NCBI GenBank assembly: GCA_032250835.1
Contig: JAVVEA010000001.1
Coordinates: 607,304-666,624 of the forward strand
From: a bacterium
Lineage (GTDB): Bacteria; SAR324; XYD2-FULL-50-16
Length of the DNA stretch: 59,321 nucleotides
Direction of reading: 5' to 3'
Of the stretch, positions 1 through 8,307 are shown piece by piece. Under the pieces are notes generated by a model that did no database searches, was not told the origin of the DNA, and saw nothing but the letters and a program-made list of their open reading frames with translations. A program made the translations under genes and the position numbers. Position 1 is the stretch's first letter. Each line of letters opens with the position of its first letter.

Positions 1-1
1 T

Positions 2-388
2 GGCAGACCACCAGACAACGCCGACACTCGGAAGGACGCACGTGAGTTTGAACAAGCCCTCGGCATCAAAACACCCCTGCCAAACCCTGGCCGTCAGTTA
101 TACCTGACGACGGAGGATCAATTGTGTTCTGCCGATAAAGAGTTGCTTTTAAAAGCCGGCAGTTTGCTAGATGATGGCGATTTTGAGGCCTTTAAACCTC
201 TGTACCTCTCCGATCAGGTATTTGCCGCGAAAGCCAACGTTGAAGTCTACATTGAGGAGGTCTACATCCTCCTCCTAAGAGTCCGCCCCAAAGGCTCGCA
301 GGCCACCTATTGGTGCTACCAAGATGTTATCCAAGACTGTTCCAGCGAACTACCTTCCGATAAAACACAAAAAACGCCTCAACGTTGA
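2..388 (+). CDS. 3' part of a hypothetical protein, paralogue of the 747..1487 protein (5' end outside window)
   Basis: Frame is open from position 2 (GRPPDNADTRK...). C-terminus LYLTTEDQLC...NVEVYIEEVYILLLRVRPKGSQATYWCYQDVIQD aligns by eye with IHHTADGIFC...DMEVYLEDESHKMFLILRPKDWSLLIWCAPDALKD of the next gene. Confidence 0.7.
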   Translation, partial: GRPPDNADTRKDAREFEQALGIKTPLPNPGRQLYLTTEDQLCSADKELLLKAGSLLDDGDFEAFKPLYLSDQVFAAKANVEVYIEEVYILLLRVRPKGSQATYWCYQDVIQDCSSELPSDKTQKTPQR

Positions 389-418
389 AACGCCTTTTGA
401 GGCACTCGAATTAGAAGT

Positions 419-471
419 GCTTCGGCGTTACGCTGGGCTTGCGTGCTGTCTAGGGAAATCTATAGGTTCAT
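419..471 (-). pseudogene. Decayed copy A of a tape-measure-like gene 5' end
   Basis: Reads MNL*ISLDSTQAQRNAEA with an in-frame TAG; 46/53 nt identical to 1802..1854. Confidence 0.55.
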
Positions 472-657
472 TGTCCGTTCCGTCCTTGAAGTTTTTTACC
501 GCCCAATCCCTGGGAGTCCATTTAGACCTAAAGGCCCGTAATCCGCAAAAGTTTACCCCTTTAAGCGAACCCCAACATACCCCCAAAAGGATCACAGAAA
601 CAGGTGGTAAGAATTCCGCTTTGTAATGCTAAACCGGTCCCCAAACCATGGTCAGTT

Positions 658-683
658 GCCAACGAGGAAGATTTGAGTTATTT
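658..683. repeat. 26-bp dispersed repeat, copy 1 (copy 2 at 1499..1524)
   Basis: GCCAACGAGGaAGaTTTGaGTTAtTT vs GCCAACGAGGtAGtTTTGgGTTAcTT, 4 mismatches; the two copies flank the 747..1487 gene. Confidence 0.75.
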
Positions 684-746
684 TTTCCGCAAATGGACTA
701 AAACCCAGAACCCGTCTAGACGCCCTTATTCTAGCTTAAACAACTG

Positions 747-1487
747 ATGACCTTGAAAACCCTAATACTACTCCTCTGCTCTTTAGGACTCGTCACAGCC
801 GCCCAAGCAGCAAAAAAGGCCGATCCCCCCACCTGCCCCCAGGCCCTTGACCCCGCCAAGGTCAAAAAATATCAACTGATCATGCAGGAGTACTCTGGCT
901 CGACAGATATTTACGCCTCGATTTATGCGCCCTACGCTAAAACCATCGAAGAACGGGCGCAAACCGCCATGCAGGCAGCGCTGGAAATCCAAAAGGACAC
1001 CCAGGCGCGGGATGTTTCGGTACGAATCCTCCGGGCCCCCAACCAACCCGAAACTCCCTGGAGGGCCAATGCCAGCTTCAACCCCGAGGCACATAGAGAC
1101 AAACATGTTGTCTGGCGGGTAGTGAGCCAAGTAAAAAGCCGCCCCCGCTACAACGCCCAATTCACGACCTATTGCCAGCAGTGGGAACCCTCTAAACTCA
1201 AACCCCTCAAAAGCACCCAGGTCGACCACATCAAGCCCCCACCGCCAGAAATTCATCATACGGCGGACGGTATTTTCTGCGCGTTCAGTAGGGAGGCCTA
1301 CGACAGAGCTTCACAATTAGAGAACACGGATGCGGTGATAGCAATGACTGAATCTCCAGCAGCGCTTTTCATCAAGGAGGATATGGAAGTCTATCTAGAA
1401 GATGAGTCCCACAAAATGTTTTTGATCTTACGCCCTAAAGATTGGTCGCTTTTGATCTGGTGTGCGCCGGATGCCCTCAAAGACTAA
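747..1487 (+). CDS. Secreted hypothetical protein with DUF4875-like N-terminal domain (moron-like)
   Basis: N-terminal signal peptide (MTLKTLILLLCSLGLVTAAQA). APYAKTIEERAQTAMQAALEIQKDT resembles DUF4875 as recalled. Lies opposite to the phage operon. Confidence 0.7.
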   Translation: MTLKTLILLLCSLGLVTAAQAAKKADPPTCPQALDPAKVKKYQLIMQEYSGSTDIYASIYAPYAKTIEERAQTAMQAALEIQKDTQARDVSVRILRAPNQPETPWRANASFNPEAHRDKHVVWRVVSQVKSRPRYNAQFTTYCQQWEPSKLKPLKSTQVDHIKPPPPEIHHTADGIFCAFSREAYDRASQLENTDAVIAMTESPAALFIKEDMEVYLEDESHKMFLILRPKDWSLLIWCAPDALKD

Positions 1488-1498
1488 ATTCCCATACC

Positions 1499-1524
1499 GC
1501 CAACGAGGTAGTTTTGGGTTACTT
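1499..1524. repeat. 26-bp dispersed repeat, copy 2
   Basis: Matches 658..683 with 4 mismatches. Confidence 0.75.
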
Positions 1525-1674
1525 TCGGGGCAAACGCGCTGGTGCCCCGATTTTCGCCAAATTCCCCTTCCACAGCACGAACCAAAGCATAGAGCACCAC
1601 AGAAGTACTAAGGCGCAAATCACAGGTTTTCCTCAGTCGATTCGCTGCAATATTTACATTATATTTTAATAAGA

Positions 1675-2186
1675 TAACTAAATACTTCTATTGAAGTATT
1701 ATGAGAGTACCTTAACCCCACCAGAATAGCCCCACCGACATCGCCTAGCCCCCTTAGCCGCTCTTAGCCGCCTTGCCCAGGGAGTCATCTTTAAGGTCAA
1801 CGCTTCGGCATTGCGCTGGGCTTGGGTGCGGTCTAAGGAAATCTGTAAGTTCATCGCGTAATCCTTCCTTACATCCCCCTCCTCGCGCCTCCCAATGCCG
1901 CCAAAGTCCAGGCTGGGTCTGACTTTTTTAATAATTTTGAATACAAAAATATTTCAGCTAATTAACAAAGTACTCCTAATGAAGTATTACTGAAGTACAC
2001 TAAGCGTTTAGGAAAAAGCTTCAGGTAGGCTCAAGAACCCTTATTCTTGTTGATTGCAGGGCAGGTCCACTCCTTTTTCGGTCGGCGCTTGGGCACAAAT
2101 TCGGCCTAGCCGTCTGGTCTGAAATTTTATTTATATATCAAATAAATAACAAAGTACTTCATATAGAGTATTAATGGAGTACCTAA
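1675..2186. repeat. Three ~41-bp AT-rich operator-like repeats (1675..1715, 1963..2003, 2147..2186)
   Basis: Consensus TAAC(A/T)AA(A/G)TACT(T/C)C-N4-RRAGTATTA-N3-RAGTAC..TAA; copy 1 contains the perfect palindrome AATACTTC-N4-GAAGTATT. Confidence 0.8.
1750..1854 (-). pseudogene. Decayed copy B of a tape-measure-like gene 5' end
   Basis: MNLQISLDRTQAQRNAEALTLKM, continuing as SLGKAAKSG after a 1-nt shift; AAGGAAGG RBS; lies downstream of the tail chaperone, where a tape measure gene is expected. Confidence 0.55.
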
Positions 2187-2309
2187 GAGTTTTCAGAATC
2201 GACGCCGCCTATACCTGCCAACCCCTTTTTCTTTGGCGCTGCCCCCAAAGGAACCAAGGTGGTTAGCAGGTATTCGTCGGCTGCAGTTTTAGGCGCTTGC
2301 CAGCATGCC

Positions 2310-2693
2310 TCATGCATCCTCGCTCGCGCCTTCTTCGAGCAGGCTGGGGTAGATGATTTGGTCCAATTTTAAAACCAGCCGAAGTTCTTCTTCGCCAAAG
2401 CCCTTGGCCTCCAAAAGCGCCAAGACGGCCTCGATCCGCAAGGGACCGACGCCGCCCATAAGGCCAAATTCGCGCCCGTAAAAGCTGAGCATTTGCCAAG
2501 TCTCGGCTAGCTCGGCTTCGTACCCGCTTAGGCCCGGCTCCCGCAAATTGGAACAGGGAGCCGGGCGGTCGCCGCCGGGGGCCCAACCGGCACAAGGAGG
2601 GCTGCCCCGGTGCAGGCGGTCGCAATCCTCACAGTCGATGCGCCCCGAGGCGTGGCTCTCGGCGTGCCACCGGCCCCAAGCGGCTAATATTCC
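2310..2693 (-). CDS. T portion of the G-T tail assembly chaperone fusion, reached by -1 frameshift
   Basis: The -1 frame is open from the slippery site to 2310: GILAAWGRWHAESHASGRIDCEDC...AETWQMLSFYGREFGLMGGVGPLRIEAV. Confidence 0.75.
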   Translation of the reverse strand, partial: GILAAWGRWHAESHASGRIDCEDCDRLHRGSPPCAGWAPGGDRPAPCSNLREPGLSGYEAELAETWQMLSFYGREFGLMGGVGPLRIEAVLALLEAKGFGEEELRLVLKLDQIIYPSLLEEGASEDA

Positions 2694-3094
2694 CCCGAGG
2701 CCTCCTGAGCGCTGGCTTCGCCTTCGATCAGCTCATCCAGGCGGTTAAACACCGGCAAGACCAAGGCGTCGTAATAGTTTTCGAACAACGCCGTCAGGTT
2801 GGCTTCGTTCAGCTCCACCGACCCCTCGTCACTTTCGAGGTTCCACCGCTTCCAGGTGCGCTTGGCGCGCTCTAGGTTGATGGTGAACTGGTCGGTTTCG
2901 GGTAGGCTCATGTCGAAGCTCGACTCCTTCTGGCCTTTACCCTTGCCGTGGATCATGGTGCGGCCCTTGGTGTGCTGGCTGACCAGCTTTAAGTCCGCCG
3001 ACTTGGGCAAGGGTTCGATGCTGACCTCAAAGCGCTCTTCGCCCAATTCTAAGACCACTTCGTAACGTTTGCGTTGGTTGGGATTTAATTTCAT
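2684..3094 (-). CDS. Phage tail assembly chaperone (G-like)
   Basis: 136 aa, directly after the tail tube gene, AAGGAG RBS, ends with G GGG GAA TAT TAG. Confidence 0.75.
   Translation of the reverse strand: MKLNPNQRKRYEVVLELGEERFEVSIEPLPKSADLKLVSQHTKGRTMIHGKGKGQKESSFDMSLPETDQFTINLERAKRTWKRWNLESDEGSVELNEANLTALFENYYDALVLPVFNRLDELIEGEASAQEASGEY
2690..2696 (-). other. Programmed -1 ribosomal frameshift heptamer GGGGGAA
   Basis: In-frame G GGG GAA one codon before the stop; the -1 frame joins the 2310..2546 ORF without a stop. Confidence 0.75.
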
Positions 3095-3103
3095 GACGCT
3101 CCT

Positions 3104-4492
3104 TTAAACGATGCTGATAAAGGCGCTACGCTCCACATCGGAGTCCAGCGCGGTGAGTTCCAGGGTCTTTTTGACCACCTCGTCGGCCACTTGGGTCGGC
3201 GGGATTTGCAAATGGCACTTAGGGAGGTCTACCCAAAGGGTCATCCCGGCGGTGCCGTCGCCTAAACGCAGGCCGAAGGCGCGGGTGGTGCCCTCTTCGG
3301 CGTCGTGGATCAATTCTAAGTCGGCGGTCTTAAAGACGCTTTCCAAGCTGGCCTTGATGTCGCGGCGCTGTTCCACAAAATCGGTGGGCGGGTTGGGGCT
3401 GATTTCTTCGTCCAGGTAGCGAATCGGGGCGCTGATGTTGATGTTGCCGCCGGTGGGTACTGCCTCGACGGCGTCTAACTGGACCATGCTGTCCGCGCTT
3501 TTTAGCTCCGCGCCCATATCCAAATGAGCCGGCAGGTAGCCTTGGATCACCGCCCCATTAGCCCAAGTGACCGCACTGGCCAAGGTGATTTGGTGGTTCA
3601 GGGTGTCTACAGCCACCACCTCATAGCCCGCCCCGGCGTTGGTGTCGGCAGCGGTGACGTTTTGGATGCGGGCCCCTAAGGTGAAGCGTTTGGCCTCACC
3701 AGCGGCCAGCGTCAAAACGGTCGAGGCAGTGACCGCCCCGTTTAAGGTTGCCTTACCGGCGCGGCCGCGCTCCATAAAGCCACCGTCTAAGTCAAAGGTG
3801 GGGTTGCCTTTGTTGGCCAAGCTCAGGGCCAGGGTGCTGACGGTGCAGCCACGGGCGAACCAGATCACCTCACCCATCTGGTACCAGACGCTAAAAGTCG
3901 GGCGGCCCATTTGCTGGATATAGGCGGGGTTGGCCAAAGCCACGGCATCGGTGGCCAAGAAGGCGGCGGCGGTGCTGCCTGCGTAACCACGCACACAGCC
4001 CGTGAAGCTGCCGCTGGTGGCGTCGGTTTGGGTTAGGCCGCTGTAATATACCAACTCGTCGTTAAGGCCGTCGCTTAGGTGCAACACACCGCGCGAGGGG
4101 GGCCAGTCGCCGCTGAGGGTATCAAAGGGGATGCTCACGTCCCCAGACGACACCCCGCCGACACCCACCAAGGCGCTGAAAGCCGCCTTTTTGCCCATTA
4201 AGGCCTGGAACAGCACGTCGCCCATCGGCGGCTTGATCAGGTTGGTGCCCACCCCGTCCAAGCGAGCCAGAATCTTCAGCTTTAGGGTGCCTGCGGCTTT
4301 TTTGTCCTGGGTACGGTCGGCTAGGTTGAGGCTGTTGCGGATCTCTTCGCTGTCGCTATAGCTGACCTGCTCGGTTAATTCCGGGTAAGCGGCGACGCGC
4401 AAGGCGTTGGCCTGGGCCGGAAAGGCCAAGGTTCCGCTGGTGGTTTCTTTAACCACAAAGAGTTTTAAATCACGGGGATTGATCTCCAACAT
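3104..4492 (-). CDS. Phage major tail tube protein with inserted beta-rich domains
   Basis: N-terminal LFVVKETTSG motif and PTFSVW; position between tail terminator and chaperone. Confidence 0.8.
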   Translation of the reverse strand: MLEINPRDLKLFVVKETTSGTLAFPAQANALRVAAYPELTEQVSYSDSEEIRNSLNLADRTQDKKAAGTLKLKILARLDGVGTNLIKPPMGDVLFQALMGKKAAFSALVGVGGVSSGDVSIPFDTLSGDWPPSRGVLHLSDGLNDELVYYSGLTQTDATSGSFTGCVRGYAGSTAAAFLATDAVALANPAYIQQMGRPTFSVWYQMGEVIWFARGCTVSTLALSLANKGNPTFDLDGGFMERGRAGKATLNGAVTASTVLTLAAGEAKRFTLGARIQNVTAADTNAGAGYEVVAVDTLNHQITLASAVTWANGAVIQGYLPAHLDMGAELKSADSMVQLDAVEAVPTGGNINISAPIRYLDEEISPNPPTDFVEQRRDIKASLESVFKTADLELIHDAEEGTTRAFGLRLGDGTAGMTLWVDLPKCHLQIPPTQVADEVVKKTLELTALDSDVERSAFISIV

Positions 4493-4525
4493 TTTGATCT
4501 CCTGATGGGTTGTTGGTGGGCCGCC

Positions 4526-4942
4526 TTAAGTGGCGGCAGTGAGGGAAACCTGCAAGAGATGCATTTCCCAGTTGTCTGTTGGGTTTTCTACATGGCGGCT
4601 TTGGGGCTCGCCCAATTCGACGCCGGCCAAATTCTTGCGCCGCAAAAGCGCCTCTAATGTTCCCGCCAGGGCCCCGCCCTGGCGCACTTGACCCTTAGGG
4701 GTAAAGATTTGCAGCAGCAACACGCCCGAGCGCAGCCCGGCCCCGCTGCGGCCTAGTTCTACTTCACGCACCGCCCCTAATTGGATGTTCGAGCGTACCC
4801 AGCTCTGGTCCGGCGTGGGGTTGCTCTGGGCCCCTACCGCCCCGCCGAACTGCTCCCACTGGGCCAGATAGGTTAGGTTAAGCAACGCCAATTGGCTGCC
4901 CAGATGGGATTCAAGGGCTTGGTAGATCGCTTCGGGGGTCAT
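4526..4942 (-). CDS. Phage tail terminator-like protein (DUF4128-like)
   Basis: WVRSNI...RSGVLLLQIFTPKGQ motif; synteny. Confidence 0.7.
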   Translation of the reverse strand: MTPEAIYQALESHLGSQLALLNLTYLAQWEQFGGAVGAQSNPTPDQSWVRSNIQLGAVREVELGRSGAGLRSGVLLLQIFTPKGQVRQGGALAGTLEALLRRKNLAGVELGEPQSRHVENPTDNWEMHLLQVSLTAAT

Positions 4943-5373
4943 AAGTAGCCCATTTTTTTAAGTTCCTTTTCAAGCCAATGCTTCGTTTCTTCTAAACTGA
5001 CCGCCACCGCCCCGGCCCCGGCGGACCCTGAGTTTCCGGCTTCAACCTGATCAATGTAAGACAGGTTGTTAAAAAGCCAGAGCCCCTGGGCGGCGGTGAT
5101 CCCGTCCAGGTCCGGCTCTTGGGGTGGGCCGAGTTCAAGTACCTTTGAGTTCAGCTGGTCGCTCAATTGCCAATTGGCCCTGGCCAAGCCCGTGTCTACC
5201 GGTGTCTTTTCAACGATCCGCCGGAACAGTTCTAAGGCGGTCTGGCGGTGGATTTGGTCTAGGTCGCCCTGGATGGCACTGCCTAGGTCTTCTAGATGTT
5301 GGGCAAACTGGTCGGCGGTCAGGCTCTTTGAAGCCGCGGCATCAGACAGTTCTTGGGCGGTTTTTTGTGCCAT
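4939..5373 (-). CDS. HK97 gp10-like neck/tail completion protein
   Basis: TPVDTGLARANW and FNNLSYIDQVEAG motifs. Confidence 0.85.
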   Translation of the reverse strand: MAQKTAQELSDAAASKSLTADQFAQHLEDLGSAIQGDLDQIHRQTALELFRRIVEKTPVDTGLARANWQLSDQLNSKVLELGPPQEPDLDGITAAQGLWLFNNLSYIDQVEAGNSGSAGAGAVAVSLEETKHWLEKELKKMGYL

Positions 5374-5379
5374 TTTTTG

Positions 5380-5802
5380 CTACCTAGCCAAAATTTCAAA
5401 AAGCACCCCCAGCCCCGCATCTTGAAGACTCGGGTCCGCCTCGATTTGCAGTTCCACTGCCTCATCGCTCAAATAAAGCCGGTCGCCTCGTAAGGGGCGG
5501 GGCCACTGCTGGCGCAAAGCACCTTCGCTCCAATCCTCGGCGCAGTCCCAGGCCCGGCCCGAAAGAGCCACCAAAAACCGGCGGGTCCCCTCCTTTTGGG
5601 CGGCGAAGGCCGCCGAGGGCGCGCCCGAACCGGATGCGGCCAGTTCCAGGGCCACTAATTCAAAGGCGCTGCGGCTGCGGCTGGTGGTGCCGGTGCTGTA
5701 GTCCGCCGCGCCTTCGCTGACCCGCCGCAAACGGCCCGGCTTAAATTGGGGCTCTTGGGAGAGGTCTTTAAATAACTGGTCGCGCTCATGGATTTGGCTC
5801 AC
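5380..5802 (-). CDS. Putative head-closure / head-tail joining protein
   Basis: 140 aa, GTG start, between the adaptor and gp10-like genes; assigned by synteny. Confidence 0.55.
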   Translation of the reverse strand: MSQIHERDQLFKDLSQEPQFKPGRLRRVSEGAADYSTGTTSRSRSAFELVALELAASGSGAPSAAFAAQKEGTRRFLVALSGRAWDCAEDWSEGALRQQWPRPLRGDRLYLSDEAVELQIEADPSLQDAGLGVLFEILAR

Positions 5803-5803
5803 C

Positions 5804-6289
5804 TCAACTCCTGCGGACTTTGCCCTTAGGCTGGTCCAGCAAGGGAGCCAGCAGGCGTTCCACCTGGGTGAAGTCGGTCAGGGAGCTGGCCCCTTCGCTA
5901 AACTCCGTTTCCACCGGGCCGGTCTTTTTCTTTTTGGCCTTGTCGGCCTTGGTCACGTCCGGGGCCAATTCCTGCTGGTCCACGCCCGACTTATGGGCCA
6001 AGATCGACACCGCCGCAATCAGCGGGCTGGGGATATTGGCCAACAGGCGGCCTTCGTTATCCATCATCCCATTTCGGGGCCAGTTGAGCGGCTGAGCCGT
6101 ATTGAGCCGGTAGCCGCGCCATAACCCCTGGTACTTGGCTTCTAGATAATCGGTAGCGGCGACCAGAGCGCCTTCTTTTTCCGCTTGGCTCAAAAGGGCC
6201 CAACCGGCGTTTAGGCGGGGTCGGTCACCCAGCCAAAGATCCGCCTGGGCTTGGGTGATGTAGCTGTTGGTGCCGGGTTCAAAGGCCAT
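5804..6289 (-). CDS. Head-tail adaptor (DnaT-like phage family)
   Basis: GTNSYIT..AD, KEGALVAATDYLE and QPLNWPR motifs; start placed at 6289 after an AAGGAGG RBS. Confidence 0.75.
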   Translation of the reverse strand: MAFEPGTNSYITQAQADLWLGDRPRLNAGWALLSQAEKEGALVAATDYLEAKYQGLWRGYRLNTAQPLNWPRNGMMDNEGRLLANIPSPLIAAVSILAHKSGVDQQELAPDVTKADKAKKKKTGPVETEFSEGASSLTDFTQVERLLAPLLDQPKGKVRRS

Positions 6290-6320
6290 GGGCCCTCCTT
6301 GCTTGGCTGTTATCTTCAAA

Positions 6321-6354
6321 GCCGGGCCCGCGCTCATTACGGCGCGGGCCCGGC
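6321..6354. other. Perfect 13-bp GC-rich hairpin upstream of the head-tail adaptor gene
   Basis: GCCGGGCCCGCGC-tcattacg-GCGCGGGCCCGGC. Confidence 0.7.
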
Positions 6355-6425
6355 GCTAGGGTTTAGGGTTTAAAAAATTTCTAAGCCGATGATGGACCCC
6401 CAGGCTTGGCGGTTCGAAAGCCCCT

Positions 6426-6713
6426 CTAGCCGCCCGGCTTGAGCGCCAGCCAGGTGCCCAGCGCAGCGAGCGCCGGGGCCAAGATCGCCGCGGCCACCCA
6501 GCGCATTGCCGAAAAATAGGGCCGCTGGCCTGCTTGCACCAGCGCCACATCTTTTTCCAGCGCGTTGATCCGGTCAAAAATCAGCTTGAGGTCGTCGCGG
6601 TTTTGGCTTTCGTGGTCCGTCCACTTCTTGTCGAAATCGCCGCGTAGGTCTTTGATGTCATTACGCAGGTCCTTCAATTGGTCTAGAATTTGTTGTTGTA
6701 GTGTTTCGCTCAT
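6426..6713 (-). CDS. Small coiled-coil protein with C-terminal TM helix (holin/XhlA-like candidate)
   Basis: Heptad-rich N-terminus; hydrophobic WVAAAILAPALAALGTWLAL. Confidence 0.55.
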   Translation of the reverse strand: MSETLQQQILDQLKDLRNDIKDLRGDFDKKWTDHESQNRDDLKLIFDRINALEKDVALVQAGQRPYFSAMRWVAAAILAPALAALGTWLALKPGG

Positions 6714-6784
6714 GCTCTAGAGCCTTAAATGTAGCGGCGCGGGCAAAGACCAAGTTAACCGGCCCGCCCGAATCCGCCGTAGGT

Positions 6785-7057
6785 TTAGTCTCCGCCAGCC
6801 TCCCTTGAGGTTGGCGGATTCTTTTGTGCCTGAGTGATGGCTTGGATCAAGCGGGTTTTGGTCATCTTTGCCGCCCCTTCGAGCCCCAAGGATTTGGCTT
6901 GGGACTTCAGTTCACTTAAGCTCCAATCCTCTAAAGGCAGCGGGGCTAGCGCGGGGTTTTCGTTAAACAGTTGGTGTACTTTGGGGTTGTAGTCTTCGGC
7001 GTTGATGATGCGGAACTCTTTGCCCTCTTGTATCTTCACCGTTTTTAGCCATGCCAT
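6785..7057 (-). CDS. Phage protein with Rho-N/HeH-like helical domain
   Basis: LEDWSLSELKSQAKSLGLEGAAKMTKTRLIQAI; typical position after the capsid gene. Confidence 0.7.
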   Translation of the reverse strand: MAWLKTVKIQEGKEFRIINAEDYNPKVHQLFNENPALAPLPLEDWSLSELKSQAKSLGLEGAAKMTKTRLIQAITQAQKNPPTSREAGGD

Positions 7058-7080
7058 AAGATCCTTAAGCCAAAGGTAAA

Positions 7081-7105
7081 GGCCGGGGGCTCCTTGCCCC
7101 CGGCC
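7081..7105 (-). terminator. Hairpin after the capsid gene (weak terminator or mRNA stabiliser)
   Basis: GGCCGGGGGC-aagga-GCCCCCGGCC followed by TTT on the minus strand. Confidence 0.55.
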
Positions 7106-7111
7106 CAGAAA

Positions 7112-8278
7112 TTAACCTGCGATACGGCAGGCCAGTTCGGGCCGCAAGAGGGCCGTACCAAAGAGTACGTCGATCTCCCAGCGGATCTGCTTGTATTGGC
7201 GGATTTTCTCCAAACGGACCGGAATCTTGGTGACCGGATCAATCAAGATCACGGACTCCAACTTTTCGACGCTGTCCAATTCCTTGAGTCCCTGATCGGG
7301 CATGCGGAAGGCCAGGGCAAAGGCGTCTTGGTGAAAAGCTAGGTTGACCTTGTGGCTGTCCTTAAAGGTTACCTGGGCGTTGTCGGCCCAAGCTACCTTG
7401 GCGGCGGGCTCGAAGGTCAAACCGGCCAGCGCGTTGGCCGCGGCGGTTTGGGTGCTGGTGTTGGTGATGCTGTAGGTCTGGCTGTCGCCAGCGACGCTGA
7501 ACACATCGCCGGGCTCGACCGTGCCGGTTAGGCTGGTTGCGTCCAGGTCCATGGTCTTGGCACCTACCGCTACGGCGCCGTTAAGCAAGGCCCGGTGAGC
7601 CGTGCCGTCGCTTAAGTTACCGGCGGTGTGGCTGGGGACGTTGTCGTCATAAAAGAAATCAAAACCAAACTTGCGGCCAATCTGGCCCTCGCGTTTGGTG
7701 CCGATGTCGCCCGACTCGGCCACGTTTTGGAAGGCCGAAAGGGCCAAAGCATTGGCTTCGGCGTCTGCATCGATGATGCAGCGGCGGCTTTCCATGGGGG
7801 CGCGTTGCTGGGCTAATACCTTGCGGGCGTTGATGATCTCGTTGGCATTGGTGGCGAAGGGCGTAGTGCCGGGGGTACCGGCAAAGCCGTATACGCCTTT
7901 GTAATTAGCCAATACCGCCGAGTTGATGTACTGACCCATGGCCTCAAAGGCCTCCTGCATCCGCAGCGGAACGAAGTCCTTGTTGGCTTCGATCTCGCCC
8001 ATTTCTTTGTCGGTCATGCCCCAGTTGGCCTGTTTCCAATGGTTCAACACCAAAGGAACGGTCTCGGAGGTAGAGGCCTCGGGGGCCGGGGAGGTCGGCC
8101 CCGGAACCACGTCGCCCACGGTCCGGGTGCCGGGCAGGGCGAAGTTGATGGTGTCGCCCTTTTGTTTGACTTCCTGTTCAAAGTCGGTGCGCACCAAAAG
8201 GGGCATCATGGTCTTTGAACGCAGCACGGGTAGGCCCCGCGCCAAGATCATCAACATCATTTTTTGCAAGTTGTTCAT
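7112..8278 (-). CDS. Major capsid protein, P22 coat-like
   Basis: KGDTINFALP, GQIGRKFGFDF, NLAFHQDAFALAFR and DVLFGTALLRPELA motifs. Confidence 0.9.
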   Translation of the reverse strand: MNNLQKMMLMILARGLPVLRSKTMMPLLVRTDFEQEVKQKGDTINFALPGTRTVGDVVPGPTSPAPEASTSETVPLVLNHWKQANWGMTDKEMGEIEANKDFVPLRMQEAFEAMGQYINSAVLANYKGVYGFAGTPGTTPFATNANEIINARKVLAQQRAPMESRRCIIDADAEANALALSAFQNVAESGDIGTKREGQIGRKFGFDFFYDDNVPSHTAGNLSDGTAHRALLNGAVAVGAKTMDLDATSLTGTVEPGDVFSVAGDSQTYSITNTSTQTAAANALAGLTFEPAAKVAWADNAQVTFKDSHKVNLAFHQDAFALAFRMPDQGLKELDSVEKLESVILIDPVTKIPVRLEKIRQYKQIRWEIDVLFGTALLRPELACRIAG

Positions 8279-8307
8279 CGCCTTCCTTGGGTTCTCGCGC
8301 TAATGCG

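Noticed and set aside
1675-2186. CRISPR array or integron attC array
   Set aside because: Repeats are degenerate with long, unequal spacing; no cas or intI genes and no RYYYAAC/GTTRRRY pairs.
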